From NCBI GenBank assembly GCA_030265395.1, contig JARFYF010000061.1, positions 18,950,002 to 19,013,906 of the forward strand: DNA of 63,905 bases, in the 5' to 3' direction. The DNA is from Rhina ancylostomus. Lineage: Eukaryota. The notes beneath the pieces were generated by a model. The model was not told where the DNA came from. It worked only from the letters and a program-made list of their open reading frames with translations, and ran no database searches. Position numbers and translations under genes: made by a program. Below, in pieces: positions 37,690 to 51,436 of the stretch; the stretch's first letter is position 1; every line of letters begins with the position of its first letter.

Positions 37690-38420
37690 GGCCCTTATCC
37701 CTCTAAACCTTTCCTGTCTATGTACCTGTCTAAATGTCTATTAAATGTTGTAATTGTGCCTGCCTCAACCACATCCTCTGTCAGCTCGTTCCATATATAC
37801 CCCACCCTCTGTGCGCAATAGTTGTCCCTAAAGGTCCCCTTTAACTCCTTCTCCTATCATCTTGAACCTATGCTCTATAGTTTTACACTCCACTATCCTG
37901 GGAAAAAAAGATTGTGACCACTCACCTTATCTATGTCCCTCATGATTTTATATACCTCTATAAGTTCATCCCTCAGCCTCCTATGCTCCAGACAAAAAAA
38001 GCCCCAGCCTTTCCAATAGCTGCTCATAACTCAAACCCTCCAGTCCCAATACCATCCTTGTGAATCTTTGCTACACCCTTTACAGCTTAATGATATCCTT
38101 CCCACAACTGGATGACCAGAAATTCACACAATACACCAAGGATTTGTACAGCTGTAACATGATGTGCCATGTAACAAGTGCGTCAAATGCCTTCTTCACC
38201 ACCCTGTCTACCTGTGCCAACACTTTCAAGGATCTGTGTACTTGTACCACTGGGTTGTACACCACTCTCCAGGGCTCTGCCATTTATTGTATAAGTTCTG
38301 CCCTGGTTTAATTTCCCAAAATGCAACATTTTGCACTTGTTCATAATAAATTCCATCTGCCATTCCTTGGCTCATTTTCTCAGTTGATCTCAATCCTGTT
38401 GTAATCTTAGATAAGCTGGG
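37690..38420 (-). mobile_element. CR1 LINE RT C-terminal fragment
   Basis: ORF 38080(-) VQVHRSLKVLAQVDRVVKKAF...MLQLYKSLV.CVNFWS...KDIIKL; homologous to 19684-20835 and 45670-46465. Confidence 0.92.
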
Positions 38421-39304
38421 TATCAGCCATTCTACCACATTTCCCAAAGCTGCAGCTCCATCTTGAAATTTTATTACATGAGGAATGTATCCTGTCACAA
38501 CAACTCCTTTAATTCTTTCCTCTGTCGGGTTCTAGAACTCTATCCCGCACAACTAATTCCATACCAGTGCATTGTAAATGCCATGGAATCCAATGACTTT
38601 CCACTAGGTACTTCCCATCCCTCTGATTGATAGTCTCCAAACTGTATGATGACAGAAACAATCAGCTGAACACATATCAGAGAGTACTGACAAATCACAT
38701 GCAAGAACTGAGCCTTTAATTGAGGTTGGCCAATCCAGTTAAAGCACAACGCTGATAGTTTTAAATGAGAAAAGATAAGAGAAGACTTGAATGATGCATA
38801 TATACTAACATGGATATTTAAAGTAAAATGCCCTCTTCCTGTTCTATTTATCTTACGTGATCCAAAATTAATAGATCCTTGCCATGTCCTGTTGCAGCGC
38901 TTCCTTCTTTTTTAATCTCTGAGTGTAGAAATTTAGAGGTGGTTGGTCAAGTCTGAGGGGAAGTTAAATCCAAATGAAAAGGCTCGTTCCCCAGCTGCCA
39001 GCTTCGTTGATCACCATGAATGATCACAGGTAGCTTGCAGTCAGTTAAGCATGTCTGACTTCAATCTGGAAGTTGCCACCGAGAAGCTGGATGACTCCCA
39101 ACCAATCTGTTCATGCCCATTAAATCCTTCTCCCAATTCATTGCAAATTTGCTCATTGTGATTACACAATCATTGCATGTGCTATATCAACTTAGGTATA
39201 GTGAGTAATGGTTCATTGATGTAATTCCCAAAATAGATGACTAACATGGTAGGCCAAAGTTTAAGTTTGTCTTTTATTTGTTCAAAGCCAACATTTATCT
39301 TATA

Positions 39305-39625
39305 ATGAGATAAGAGGCCATATGGGCAATTATGTCCATGCTAGCTCCAAGGAAAGGAATCCCATAAGTCTTGTTTCCTCCTTCCTTATTACCCTGTACC
39401 TCTGCTACTACTTCTCTCACACACATACTCATGAACACTCCCTTGGTCCTCTCTGCCATTAACACACACTAATGGGCAATTTACAGTCGCCAATCAACGC
39501 AGAAGGAAGCTGGAGGACCTGAAGTAGAGAACATGCAAACTTTGCACAGTTGTTATCCAAGATCAGGGTGGAATCTGGGTTGCTGACAGCGTGATATGGC
39601 AACACTAACTGCATGCCATTGCGTA
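39305..39625 (-). mobile_element. Decayed V-SINE (HE1-like)
   Basis: gggcaatttacagtcgccaatcaac...gagaacatgcaaactttgcacag...ggcaacactaactgc parallels the 4771-5127 copy. Confidence 0.7.
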
Positions 39626-39689
39626 GCCCAAATTTAATTGCTCCTTGAAGTAAATAGCTTGGTACATAATTTCAGAGATCATTAAAGAA

Positions 39690-40085
39690 CCAATTGCATT
39701 GAGTCTGGAATCACATATAGACCAGACACTGCAAGAACAATAGTGAACCAAAGGGGTATTTATGACAGCACAATAGCATTGAAGTCATCTTCAAAACATT
39801 ACAAACAGCAGCAGGAATAGACAATTCTTCCCATCACACCTGTTCTACCATTCAATAAGATCATGCCTGGGTTTTTACTTCAGTGGCATTTTTTTGTTCT
39901 AATTCCAGGTCACACGATTCTCTTAATATCCAAAAATTTATCTCTGGAAGTTTTAGAGTCATAGAGTTATAGTCATACTAACTTTTTATTTGGAATATTC
40001 CCCAGCTGATGTAGTGAGATTCAAATTCATGTCTTTGGAATGATATTCAAGGCCCCTTAATGTTGGTCCAGGAACTTATGCTGTC
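39690..40085 (-). mobile_element. Decayed SINE interrupted by CR1-tail remnants
   Basis: ggaatcacatatagaccagac...tagtgaacca is similar in reverse complement to 44555-44630; CR1-tail-like cctgttctaccattcaataagatcatg and agagtcatagagttata lie inside. Confidence 0.5.
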
Positions 40086-40224
40086 ATACCTAAAGAAATT
40101 CACTTCTCAGAATGTTGGTTCTCTAAATTGCAGGACACCTGGTCAACACAATAGATGTATACGTGTTAACATTTGCTACTCAGGGGGAAATCATCAAGAA
40201 ATTACACAGCTGGATTCTTCATCG

Positions 40225-40450
40225 AAAGTGAGGATTGCACTGGAGAGGATTTAGAGGAGATTTGTCAGAATGTTGCCTGAGATGGAATGATTCAATTATG
40301 AGGACAAAATGGAAAGGCTGAATTTGTTTTCCTTGCAGCTGGAGGAGGCTGAGAGGTGACCTGATAGAGATATTCAAAATCATGAAGTTCATGGTGGTCC
40401 GCACGGCTTATTTGTGTGCTCTATAACTATATGGCTCTATGACTCCATAA
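40225..40450 (+). mobile_element. CR1 3' fragment with internal deletion
   Basis: IALERI*RRFVRMLPE...ggaggctgagaggtgacctgatagag (RLRGDLIE), then directly the tail ctatatggctctatgactccata. Confidence 0.85.
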
Positions 40451-42114
40451 AGATTAATTTTAGTTATCTCAGCATGTTGGAGCATGGCTGCATAAAGTGC
40501 TGTCACAAGTTATCAAAAAACAGATTCCTTTAAACCCAAAAAGCCTAGCAATGGGATGACCATGTTGTTTGATTGGGAACAAAATTTGCTATAAACACTC
40601 ACAGTTGTGGAATCTCCTACTGGTTAGGACTTAGGTTAAACACTTTACCTTTATGTTTTTGCTGACTACCACACCCAAGGCTCCAATCATGTGCTGTTCT
40701 CCTNNNNNNNNNNNNNNNNNNNNNNNNNNNNNNNNNNNNNNNNNNNNNNNNNNNNNNNNNNNNNNNNNNNNNNNNNNNNNNNNNNNNNNNNNNNNNNNNN
40801 NNNTATTCAAACTCTCTTAGGAATACTATCAGGAATATGCTGTAGTTTTATTCTTACATTTCTGTTTCCTTATGCATTTCTACATAAATCTCATTGCATT
40901 GCTTGGTACACAACTTACTATACTATACTTTAATCATTGTGGATAATTTCTAGAACCTACATTTTGCCAAAAATCTCTGTACCTCTAGTACCAATTAGCT
41001 TATCAATAACTGACAAAAGTCTAAAACCCATGGCAATTTAATAACTCTTTACGTCGTGATGCAATACTTTTCCAAAAGTGATGTGGAACAATAGTATTTG
41101 TAGCCATACAAACTATTATTCATTGCACACAACTAGAAAACTGTGAAAGTTGATTAAAATAAATCTCTTGATTATTTGCTCCATACAGGGGTTATAAGGG
41201 AGAAATCTGACCTTGTGTGCCAGTGCAAAACAATGTCCATCAGTTGAAGATTATACTCTCTGCAATGTAGTCGGTAAAATTAACTTTCAGTGAAACCAAA
41301 CATGCAGAAGTTCATCACACACTGGTAGCTGATAATCATGCATATATTTAGTGCCAAAGATGAATTTCTTCCTTATAATTACATTTCAGTGTTACTCAAT
41401 TTGAACACCTAAAAAATATACTGTGTGATATTGTGCAATGCTTAGTACATTCATATGAAATTATTTTGTTCACAACTTTAACTGAGCTGTTAACAGATAT
41501 TGTTGTTAAAATAGTAGTTAATGTAGATATGTTGTGTTTATAGGGCAATATTGCACAGTATAAATCCTAGGCTATCAGTATTAATTGAGAATGGTCCATT
41601 ATATATTATGTGAATTTGTGAAGTTTTAACCTGTTAACATTTAACTTGACTAATTTATTGAGACAAATGATGCAATTAAACATAGTAAAACATTGAAAAA
41701 CGGTCCTGGTAAAAGGCTTCCATCAAATGCTCATACAGTCTTTTAAAAATACCTTTCAATATATTTTCAGTAGACTGACAGGATTGATGTATTGAATGCT
41801 GTGATTGTGATGTGTGACAGGTGTCCACCAATAGCAAATGCAAACAAATTTTAGGGTAAATTACCTATGATAAAATCAGGTTGTGGTTATTGTGAAATGT
41901 GTAATTTAGTTGCAACACTAGGCTTTGCAGATTTTATGGATTAGTGACTTAACAATCAATTAATTGCCATGAAACTCAATGGCTTACAAAAAGTAGTCAA
42001 CTAGATAGAACGTACATCAAATGTGACAGCACATTTGCAGATCTGCTGATTTGCAGTCTCAGAACTCTATCAGAAATGCAAACTCCACTTTAGATTCTTA
42101 ACCTAGGCTATCAT

Positions 42115-42365
42115 TCCATTGCAGAGCTGAGGTTGTGCTGGACTGTTTCAGTGGCTGGCTTTCCAGATGACATTCTAAATCCAGGACCTATCTGCCTGTT
42201 TAAGGTGGATTTAAAATAAGCCATTGGAACTAATGAACAAGGAGTTCTCTTAGTACCCACTAGGAATCTATAAATACATAGACAAGAGGTGTTGAGAACT
42301 CCAAGCACCACAACAACTGGTTTCAGCAGCAAAGTGATCAACTGATGATATAATTTCCATCCTCA
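42115..42365 (+). mobile_element. Deu-domain SINE, decayed
   Basis: ctttccagatgacattctaaatccaggacctatctgcctgtttaaggtggatttaaaataagcc...gaacaaggagttctc resembles the Deu domain. Confidence 0.6.
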
Positions 42366-44479
42366 CCTCATGCCATTCCCTCACCCAACCCGTGTTTGTG
42401 ACCAGAAGCATGGTTAAGCTCAAGTTCAAGTTTATTATTGTCATAGGCATACACACATAGGGTATAAATGCCATGAAAATTGACATGGGGACAGGTAGGT
42501 GATGTTCAGGCCTTCTGTTTTCATGTCCTACTGATGCCTCTTTGCCAAATGAAAGGAATAGCCCCAAAAGCAAAGAAAGCACAGCAGCAGAAGGACAGGC
42601 CTTGCACAGAGCAAAGCTACCTGGATTTATTAGATGAACAATCACCAGCAATGAGAAGGTGCTACGAAGATCCAGAGCGGGATGAACACCCACACCACAG
42701 GGAATATACAGTGACCCACCGGCATAGGATTTCAAAAGTATAACTGATAACTTTTATATAACAGCTGATTGAATGGAAGTGTAAATTCAAAGACCAAGCA
42801 TGAATGGCATTGTCAACTGGGACATCATGGAAAGATGAATCAGCCAATTCTGACTGTGTGGTGTATCTTTTAATGGAAATCACTGAACATAACAGCAACC
42901 TCATTTGGTGTCCCATGCATATTTGACACCATTGTGGCAACATTGCAGCACGCCTGGAAAGAAGTGAGGGCCTCTGCCAGGAAGACAGGTCTCCATGAAA
43001 GGGTCAAGGCAGCTCAAGCATTACTTAAATGAACAATCCTCAATTGAGCCATGGTTGGGTAGCCTGCAATGGAAGCTGAAGCAATATTCTTGTTTGAGGG
43101 AGCAGATTTGTCCCCAGTTCAGAAGTAAGGCCTTCTACTTTCTTTAATTTCTCTTAATTTGAATCCTATTGGTTGTTACCCACATCTAAAAAGCAAGGTC
43201 AGAATGACAATTGCATTTCCCAGCACGTTGTGACAAGAGTATTCAGTGTTTTTGTTCAATTGTCCATAATTTTTACTTATAATCAGTTAGTTATATATAA
43301 CCTATAACTATAGAAAATATAATTATGTTTTAAAATTATTTATGTCACTTACTGACACAAAGATTGGTTGAAATGTATTATGCATATTATGGTGCAGTAT
43401 ATTCCTATGCACAGAGAGTGATGCATTAAACATTACAGCAAAAAAATTGTAAACTGAAGAACTTTACCCCCAAAGAGTTAATGGCATTGTAATGAAAGCT
43501 AGTAAAGTGAGGAATTACTGTACTTAATATAAGACTTAAGCCTTATGTAAATATTACTTTTATTCTTAATATAAGATGTTTTATATTTTTAGGAATATTT
43601 AAAAATACACTAAATGAGAAGTCAATTAACATCAGTGGCATCAACTGAGTGGAGATGAATATAGCTGGGACTGATTTTTTTGTACATGTTCAGCAGAGAT
43701 AACTAAAGTCACGTTTCCATCATATTATCTTTAGAGTGTAAAACTCCTCACACTTAGCAGGATTTTTCATGAGCGGGTGCAGATATCAGCAACCTTTGCA
43801 GGAAGAGGTGTGAAATCTCAGCTTCGGACTTTTAACAAACAATATGTACGACTCTCTCTGTTCTCACGTGTGCTATTGACAATGATGATCTTGGGCTATT
43901 TTGCAAGTTGTTAAGGGTTCTATACAAGTGAAAGCTGGTGTAGCAGTAGCAGCCTGAGGCATACAGAGTCACAAGTTCATCTAAATGCAGAAGTTCCAAG
44001 GGGAAATATTGGATCTTGCTTCTCCTCCACAGGCTTTGGCATACCTTGGCCTTNNNNNNNNNNACCTCGATCCCTCCAGTATTCACAGTGAGCATTTCTC
44101 TTGTGTCCATGAGCTGAAAATGCTGAAATACTTCTTTCAATGTCTTTCGCTGTGCTTTATGCTGGAATGCAGCCAAAATTTCTTCAAGATCTTAATACCA
44201 CGTTTCTCTGAAACATCATTATCATGATATGTGCTGGAAGGCAAGAATGAAAAAATTTATGCACTCTTCATTAATTGCTGTTCAACGAGCCTTAATAAGT
44301 CAAACTTATACTAAAGTAGGGTCTGTATGTTAACATATGTTGATTTGGATTACTCCAGAAGGAATTTTAGGAACATACACACAATTGAGGCTCACTTCAA
44401 TCTATACAAATTCATGGTACACTGTCCCATGTACTCCCAAGCCAGAAGTTCAGGGATGTGAGTTCATATCATCTTCTGG

Positions 44480-44858
44480 TCAGTTGTTGAATGGAGTTCC
44501 TTAAGTTTGATCATTCATCTTTGGGCAGGAAAATAAATGTGAGATCTGTAATTTGTTGTAAAAACCTAACTAATTCATACATGTCCCTCAGAGAAGAGAA
44601 CCTACCAACTTGCTTGGTCTGGCCTACAAGGGAAACTGGTCCTAAATTATTTAAATTTAATTTTTAAAAAATTTTATTTACAGCGTGGTAACAGGCCCTT
44701 CCAGCCCAACGGGTCCACACTGCCAAATTAGACCCCAAATTAACCTACCCGTACGTCTTTAGAATGTGAGAGGAAACCGGAGCACCCGGAGGAAACCCAT
44801 GCATTATGAGGTCAACTCTTAACACACTTGGGGCAAACAGGGATATGTGATAAATAAT
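44480..44858 (+). mobile_element. SINE with LINE-like tail, interrupted by a V-SINE
   Basis: ttgtaaaaacctaactaattc...tggtctggcctaca [insert] gtcaactcttaac...gggcaaacagggatatgtgataaat; the tail resembles 21290-21310. Confidence 0.5.
44655..44803 (-). mobile_element. Young 5'-truncated V-SINE
   Basis: gaggaaaccggagcacccggaggaaacccatgca (V domain, CpGs retained) plus tail cagcgtggtaacaggcccttccagcccaac. Confidence 0.85.
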
Positions 44859-44869
44859 CTGTAGGCAAT

Positions 44870-44995
44870 AAACTGCAGGTGTTGAAAATATGAAATAAAA
44901 ACAGAAAATGCTAGAAATACTCAACAGGCTAGGTAGTATCTGTGGAGAAAGAGAGACAGAGTTAATGTTTCACGTCAATGAACTTTTATCAGTTG
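44870..44995 (-). mobile_element. Penelope-like terminal repeat, decayed hammerhead core
   Basis: Reverse complement reads CTGATAA-aagttcattgacgt-GAAAC-att-aact...ccacagatactacc. Confidence 0.72.
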
Positions 44996-45499
44996 AATTT
45001 CAATCACTACAGGAAAGTGGAATATTTGTGGAATAAATAAATTTGGACATGTATTACCTATTATTGTATAATAATGTATTCAACAATAAAGATATGACTT
45101 TGGGTAGGAATATTAAATCTGGCCTATAGCTTCTCAATTTTTCCTACATTTCACAAAAAAGTAAAATACAATGAAATTAGTGATTATGTAAAAGGAAACC
45201 TCATGATGGTTCTCTCAAATATGGAAAATACATGAGGAAGAATTTCAAGGTCCAACAGTTGCTTCTTTCATTGGCTTGACCGATGGAAAAATGCACCTGG
45301 GCAACTTATTCATTGGTTGCAAAACACAAAGATCTTCCAAATGCATACACTTTGCAATTAAATGAAGACATAGGAAAATAAGTACAGACAGGTTTATAGT
45401 TGTGATTGAGGGGAATTATCTAAACATTGCTAGTGTACAGGCCGGCAAGAATATGTTTTGCTCGTTGGTAGAATAGTGAATGCTGTAGTTTTGGCTGTT

Positions 45500-45628
45500 T
45501 AAAGAGATCAAGGGATATGGGGAGAAAGTAGGAACACGGTACCAAAATTGAATGAACAGTTATGATTGTATTGTATTGAATAACAGAGCAAGGCAAATGG
45601 CCTATTTTTGTTCCTACTTTCTATGTTG
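45500..45628 (+). mobile_element. CR1 3' tail remnant
   Basis: gatcaagggatatggggagaaagtagg...aatggcctatttttgttcctactttctatgtt. Confidence 0.65.
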
Positions 45629-45669
45629 CTGTTTCTGGGCAAACTCACTTGATCAGGTTCAGATCTCCA

Positions 45670-46465
45670 ATTACATAGAATATCAAACAGTACAAAACGG
45701 AAACAGGCCCTTCGCTCCACGGTTTTGTGCTGAACTAATTAAACTGGTAATTAAATGCCTAACTAAACTAATCCCTTCTGCCTGCGCATTGTCCATATCC
45801 CTGAATTCTCTGCACATTCATGTGGCTATCTAAGAACCTTTAAATGCCTCTATCGTATCTGCCTCCACTACNNNNNNNNNNNNNNNNNNNNNNNNNNNNN
45901 NNNNNNNNTAAAAAAAAACCTCCCCTGCACATCCCCTTTGAAACTGCCCCACCTTAAATGCATGCCCTTTAGTACTAGATATTTCAACCCTGGGAAAAAG
46001 ATACTGGCTGCTACTCTATCTATACCTCTCATAATCTTATAAACTTCTATCAGGTCTTCCCTCAGCCTTCGCCACTCCAGAGAAAACAACCCAAGTTTGT
46101 CTAACGTCTCCTCATAGCACATGGACTCAAATCTAGGCAGCATCCTGGTAAACCTCTTCTGCACCCTCTCCAAAGCCTCTACATCCTTCCTATAATGGGC
46201 TGACCAGAACTGAATGCAATGCTCCAGATGCAGCCTAACTAGAGGTTTATAAAGCTGTAACATAACTTCCCAACTCTTGAACTCAATACCTCCACTAATA
46301 AAGGCAAGCATACCATATGCCTTCTTTACCACTCTCTCAACCTGTGCAGCCACTTTCAGTGAGCTATGGACTTAGACCCCAAGATCCCTCCGTAAATCAA
46401 CACTTGGCATTAACAGTGTACTGTTCCTTTATATTTGATCTTCCAAAGTGCAACCCCTCATATTT
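45670..46465 (-). mobile_element. 5'-truncated CR1 LINE (RT C-terminus plus tail), relatively young
   Basis: ORF 45868..46353(-) AAQVERVVKKAYGMLAFIS.GIEFKS.EVMLQLYKPLVRLHLEHCIQFWS.HYRKDVEALERVQKRFTRMLP...RRLREDLIEVYKIM. Confidence 0.95.
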
Positions 46466-47399
46466 GAGTTGAGTTTCCCTTTCACATAGTTTTTCAAGGC
46501 CTAAATTTTCAATCCTTTAACATTGATCAGACTAGGGTATCCAACTTATTTGGATAACTTATTGATTATTCAAGCATGGTCAACTTATAACAATATTTTA
46601 CAAGAAATTGAAAATTATACACATATTTACAGAATAAGATGAACAATAAGTATCTGGAGACTAATTTAACTTTCACTATTCTATTACTCAAGATAAAATT
46701 TGCCCGGTTTGCGTACAAATGCTTCAGTCCTTGAGTAGCATTTATTTTAAGATTTTGGTTTAGATTCTAATGNNNNNNNNNNCTGTAACAGTTAGGATTG
46801 TGGTACCAATGGATAGTGGTGCCATGTTATAAGTGATGGCTAATTGAGTTATTCCTGGATTCCTTAGATTATGAAGAAAGTTTTTGTTTGGTTAGTCATC
46901 CATACACAACAGTGATTATGGACATTTAATTCCATCTCTGCCAATGCACATTTTCTAAAGATGTACATTTGGTATGATCGCACTTGCGTGTGATAGGAAC
47001 CCTCTGTCTAGCTTAAGGATTCTTTTGACATGGGAATTCCTTGCCTAGCAGGCTGCACCTGTGATATGTTGGGCCACAAATTGCAAATTCTGGCTGCTTT
47101 TAAAGGACAACACTTCACCACAATAAGAAAAGTTCTGACATTGACTGAAAAGTAGTTATTGTTCTCTGTTGAGTCATATGGGCAGCAATTCTTCTTTTGA
47201 TTTTGGCCTGTAAGAGGCTGTGCTGTGGATAGTGTGCTGGGTATAGTAGGCAAGATTTAGAACTGATGAATGCCTTCCAGTCAAACCACTAGTGTGCCCT
47301 GTATAGAGCGAGTTAATAACTGAAAAAGTGCGGTCACTCAAATCAATAATAGCGGGATACAAATAGAGGAATGTTTACAGCTATCAGAAGAAAATGATA

Positions 47400-47852
47400 A
47401 AGAAGCCCCTCATTCATTGCAGATATTTCTTGTGAGCCCCATCATGTAAGACAATGTTCTTGCTGATAGATACATTGGTTGAGGAAGAACAAATTGATGC
47501 TCAGTCTTTTAACCTAAGGTGCTCCTCTTTCATTTGTGGGCTTCTAAGTGGGGTCAGCAACCAGAGACAGAAGGTAGACCTAGTCTTCTTCAAATCATGC
47601 AACCATTGTTTCCTCTCCCTCAATAAGTGCAGGCACCACAAACTGCTGCAGAAAGAAAGCACTGTAACTGCTTCTTCGATAATGGCTATTGATGTGTCTA
47701 ATGATGTTTCTGTGGTCAGCTCCGTCTTGAAATTAATTGAGTGCAAGCCCTTCCTATTCATTTAGGAAACAGCATTGATGTGAAGAGCCTTATGGCACAC
47801 AGGTGTCATTGTTTGCTTTCAAGGAAATGCTGGAGAAACTTCAGTTGACACT
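47400..47852 (-). pseudogene. PIF/Harbinger transposase fossil (catalytic region)
   Basis: ORF 47501..47761(-) begins NRKGLHSIN and ends WLLTPLRSPQMKEE, both hallmark DDE_Tnp_4 motifs; frameshifted in between. Confidence 0.8.
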
Positions 47853-47952
47853 NNNNNNNNNNNNNNNNNNNNNNNNNNNNNNNNNNNNNNNNNNNNNNNN
47901 NNNNNNNNNNNNNNNNNNNNNNNNNNNNNNNNNNNNNNNNNNNNNNNNNNNN

Positions 47953-48090
47953 CAGAAAGGAACTCAAGAAAGTGATTAGGAAAGCCAGGAAGGGCCATGA
48001 AAAGTCCTTGGCAAGGAGGATTAAAGAGAACCCCAAGGCAATCTATATATATACCAAGAGCAAAAGGATAACTCAAAAGAGGGTAGAGAC
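47953..48090 (+). mobile_element. CR1 ORF2 linker fragment
   Basis: Translates RKELKKVIRKARKGHEKSLARRIKENPKAIYIYTKSKRIT. Confidence 0.85.
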
Positions 48091-48699
48091 ATAGAGTTTA
48101 GATTTTAAAAAGTAGAACGATTATAGTAGACGTAATGAGTAGATCTGCAGAGAGCAGCATGCAACGAGTCACCACACTCCAGCACATCTTCGGCTGAGTC
48201 CCTCTAATTTAAAAGCCTACACTTCACACAGATCTTCCTCAGAGTCTCCAACCACTGGCACCAATTTCCCCAAACCTGATTCCAACCTCTATCAATCCCT
48301 CCCACCATCTGATTTTGAACACTGACATAATCTTCAAGTTCCCCAACCCAGTCCTGGAGGTACCACTCCTCGGCACCAACCCAGACTGAAGCACTGGGCT
48401 TCCTCTTCCTACTCCAGACCTTTCTCCCCCAATGAACCTCCCACTTTACACTCCTTGACCTGCAAACCAGACCCATGACACAAACTCATGTCCTCCCCAT
48501 TTTCATCTGCTTACAAATTATGTGGCTAAGACCCATTAACTGCACAGGATATTGTGGGCCTCACATACAATAGGATGTTGCAATGATGGCCTTCAAAACA
48601 AAGCACTTATTGGTCAGACATGTCTATCCATTTGAGGCTCCTTACCCAACACCACAATATTTCTTGGCCATATGGTTGCTATTTGCTGATAATCAGAAA

Positions 48700-48935
48700 G
48701 GATAGACTTAGGGTAATTGACCGAAGAATCAGAAATGACAACATGTGAGGATTTAGATGTATTACCTCATGGAATGATGGGAACCAAATTCAACAACAGT
48801 TTAAAAGATATCTTTGATGAATACTCAGAGATAAAACGAGTGTAGAAATAAGGGGAAGAATTGGAGGGAGTAGATGAACCAGAAATGTCCTTTGAAAGAG
48901 CCGACACAAACTTAATGTGCTGAATGGCTCCATGG
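48700..48935 (+). mobile_element. Old CR1 3' end remnant
   Basis: gaaagagccgacacaaacttaatgtgctgaatggctcc is a CR1-tail-like motif. Confidence 0.5.
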
Positions 48936-50009
48936 ATGTTTGGATGCTCTCAAATAATATTGCAGGTGCGTGCAAGAGCTTTCTCTGAACCAGATACAGT
49001 TTGTTTATCATCCTGCAGCAGACAATCGAACTTTGTGACTCCTGGGTCATGAGATGCAGAAGACAAATATCTGTTGCTTCTGGCTGCATCACATACAGTT
49101 GGTGAAGGTCTGTAAATGTAGGTTTCAGGGCAGTGATAGGCCCAGGAAAGAAAAGCAGGCGAAGGTGTTCCTGACATACATATTCAGGAATTGACACTGA
49201 TTCATCAACAAATAAGTCATGTCTCACAGTGGGATTTCCATTGGAGATGTAGTCTACAACATTTTGAAAACAAAGATTTTGACAGGAAAGGAAATGCTAA
49301 AATGCCAGTCAATTCCATAACTCTAACAACTGCAAACTTCAAATTCAAAACAAAAAAGAAACACCTCTCCCACAGCTCCTGGTTGCTTTCTTTAATCTTG
49401 TCCTATGGGTAGAACCAAATTTGATGTTAAAATATAAAACATAGAATCTGATCATGTGATATAAATGAGGCTTTCTCAAATCATGGCAGTCTCAATTGCT
49501 CTTGCCTTCAAAATGGCATGATGCAATCCCCATTGATTTTCTTCAGTCTTTATGCAGCCATCAGCATGAGTTGACCACTTGACCTTTTATCAACACATGT
49601 CCTTTATTGCCTTACTCATTAACTCCATGTTAGCATCACTGCATAACCCAATTGTAGCCAGCCTGTATCCAGCAATGATTTCTCTGACATATCATTACCT
49701 TAAGAAGTCCATCAAGAATCTATCATTGGCCATATGCTATACCCCATGTAATCCTTTTACCTTAGTAATATTAGAGGGCTGAGCTAATCACTGGGATTAC
49801 AACTCTGATGCTGCTCTTAATACTTCTATTACCTTTTAACTGGAAGAAAATGCGTAAATATTATTGCATTTTCTTGAATTAATGTTCCAAAACTACTTAA
49901 CGTGTTTAACATCTATTGGGAGTAAATTTGTATCATCAGGGTTAGATTGACTGAAATCTGGACATGTGATGTGATCAGAGAGAGGCAGCACATATTTGTG
50001 TCAATCAAA

Positions 50010-50155
50010 CAAAAACCATAGATGATGGAAATCTGAAATAAAAACAAACAGTTCTGATGAAGTGTCTTTGACCTGAGACATTGACTGTTTCTCTTTCCAC
50101 AGATGCTGCCTAACCTGCTGAGTTTTTCCAGAATTTTCTAGTTTTATTTTGGATT
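50010..50155 (+). mobile_element. Penelope-like terminal repeat with short inverted 5' arm and hammerhead fold
   Basis: gatgatggaaatctgaaataaaaac (inverted arm), then aaacagtt-CTGATGA...GAGAC-att-gactgttt and ccacagatgctgcctaacctgctgag. Confidence 0.78.
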
Positions 50156-51079
50156 TATGTAGGGTGGCTCAAGACTGACTTTTCTTTTTGGAGGAGTCAC
50201 TCATGTGGGCTAAGGGATTCATTGATGGATGATATCATTGTGAGGCATCTGATGAATCACAAGATGGGCTGAATGGCCTCTCACTGCATTGTTAAAAAGT
50301 ATAAAATAAGTTAAGACATTGAAATTGGATGGAATTGAGGTCAAGTTTGCACCTTGTCTAGGAAGCTGATTGCCCTGTCTGGCCACAATTAGACTGAAGT
50401 TTACTTACATCACACAGGACTCCTTATTTCTACTCTTAGCAAAGCTTCAAGTACATCTGCAATTACTATACTCTTGTATATCATTGTCACTTGTGGGTTT
50501 GACTATAAAATGATGTTCTAGGCATTCTACCATCTCCTACTACACTACAGAGCAGCTCACCCAAAGCACTGAGGTTCAGTATTCTGTCTTTCACTAAGTC
50601 ATGTCCACCCATCACCCATGCCTTTATACTGGATACCAATCCCCTAATGTCTGCATTCTGTGGATTACTAAATAAGTGAACTCATTATAATTAGGTAGGC
50701 AAATGCAACATATATATTTTGTATACAATAAACCCAGAAAAACACTAAATGGGAAGAAGAACCGGGTTTCCTGTTTTTTATTGAATTAAATTGAGAAATT
50801 TTTAGCTGAAACATTAGCTTCACAACTTTTTGTTATAACCTTTGTTATAATAATAGAGATGAAGATAGAGACATGTGCTTCTTATCTCTGTGCAGCCATC
50901 TTTTTTTTCTGCTCCTCAATCCCCTGCAGTTAACTGCTGGTAAGCCAGCGCCACAGTAACCAAAACAGATAAACACAACTAATTTTACAATATGCTACAT
51001 TATTAATTCTTTTCCAAATTGTGTCTTGGAATTTTTTACTAATGCAAGGACAAAGCAGCATACTTAATCACCAGAACTA

Positions 51080-51436
51080 CTTCTTAACCTTGTCACTGGC
51101 ATACCATAGCTACAATGTGCACCATCTACAAAATATGCAGGCACTTACCAAGATAGCACCTCCCAATCCGCAACTTCTACTACCAAAAAAGACAAGGGCA
51201 GCAGAGTCACGGAGTACAAGCAGCTAAAGGTTTCACTCCATGTTGCACACAATCCTGACTTGGAAACATCACTGGATTTATATCCTGAAGCTCCCACAAT
51301 ACTGATGGAGTACCTCCACCAAAAGAACTGCAATGGTTGCAAATAGGCAGCTGACCACAGCTTCTCAAGGGTAATTAAGTTTGGCTCAGTAAATATTGGC
51401 TTTGCTGCTGATGCCCACATCCCCTAAATGAATAAG
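51080..51436 (+). mobile_element. 3' fragment of the old CR1/L2-group LINE
   Basis: Parallels 20980-21350 (cacaatcctgacttggaa...actgcaatggttgcaa...cttctcaagggtaattaag...gatgcccacatcccctaaatgaataa). Confidence 0.75.

Noticed and set aside
42268-42943. 155-aa and neighbouring ORFs
   Set aside because: They span a SINE, a Rex-type tail (about 42420-42480) and unidentified decayed sequence; no protein family signal.
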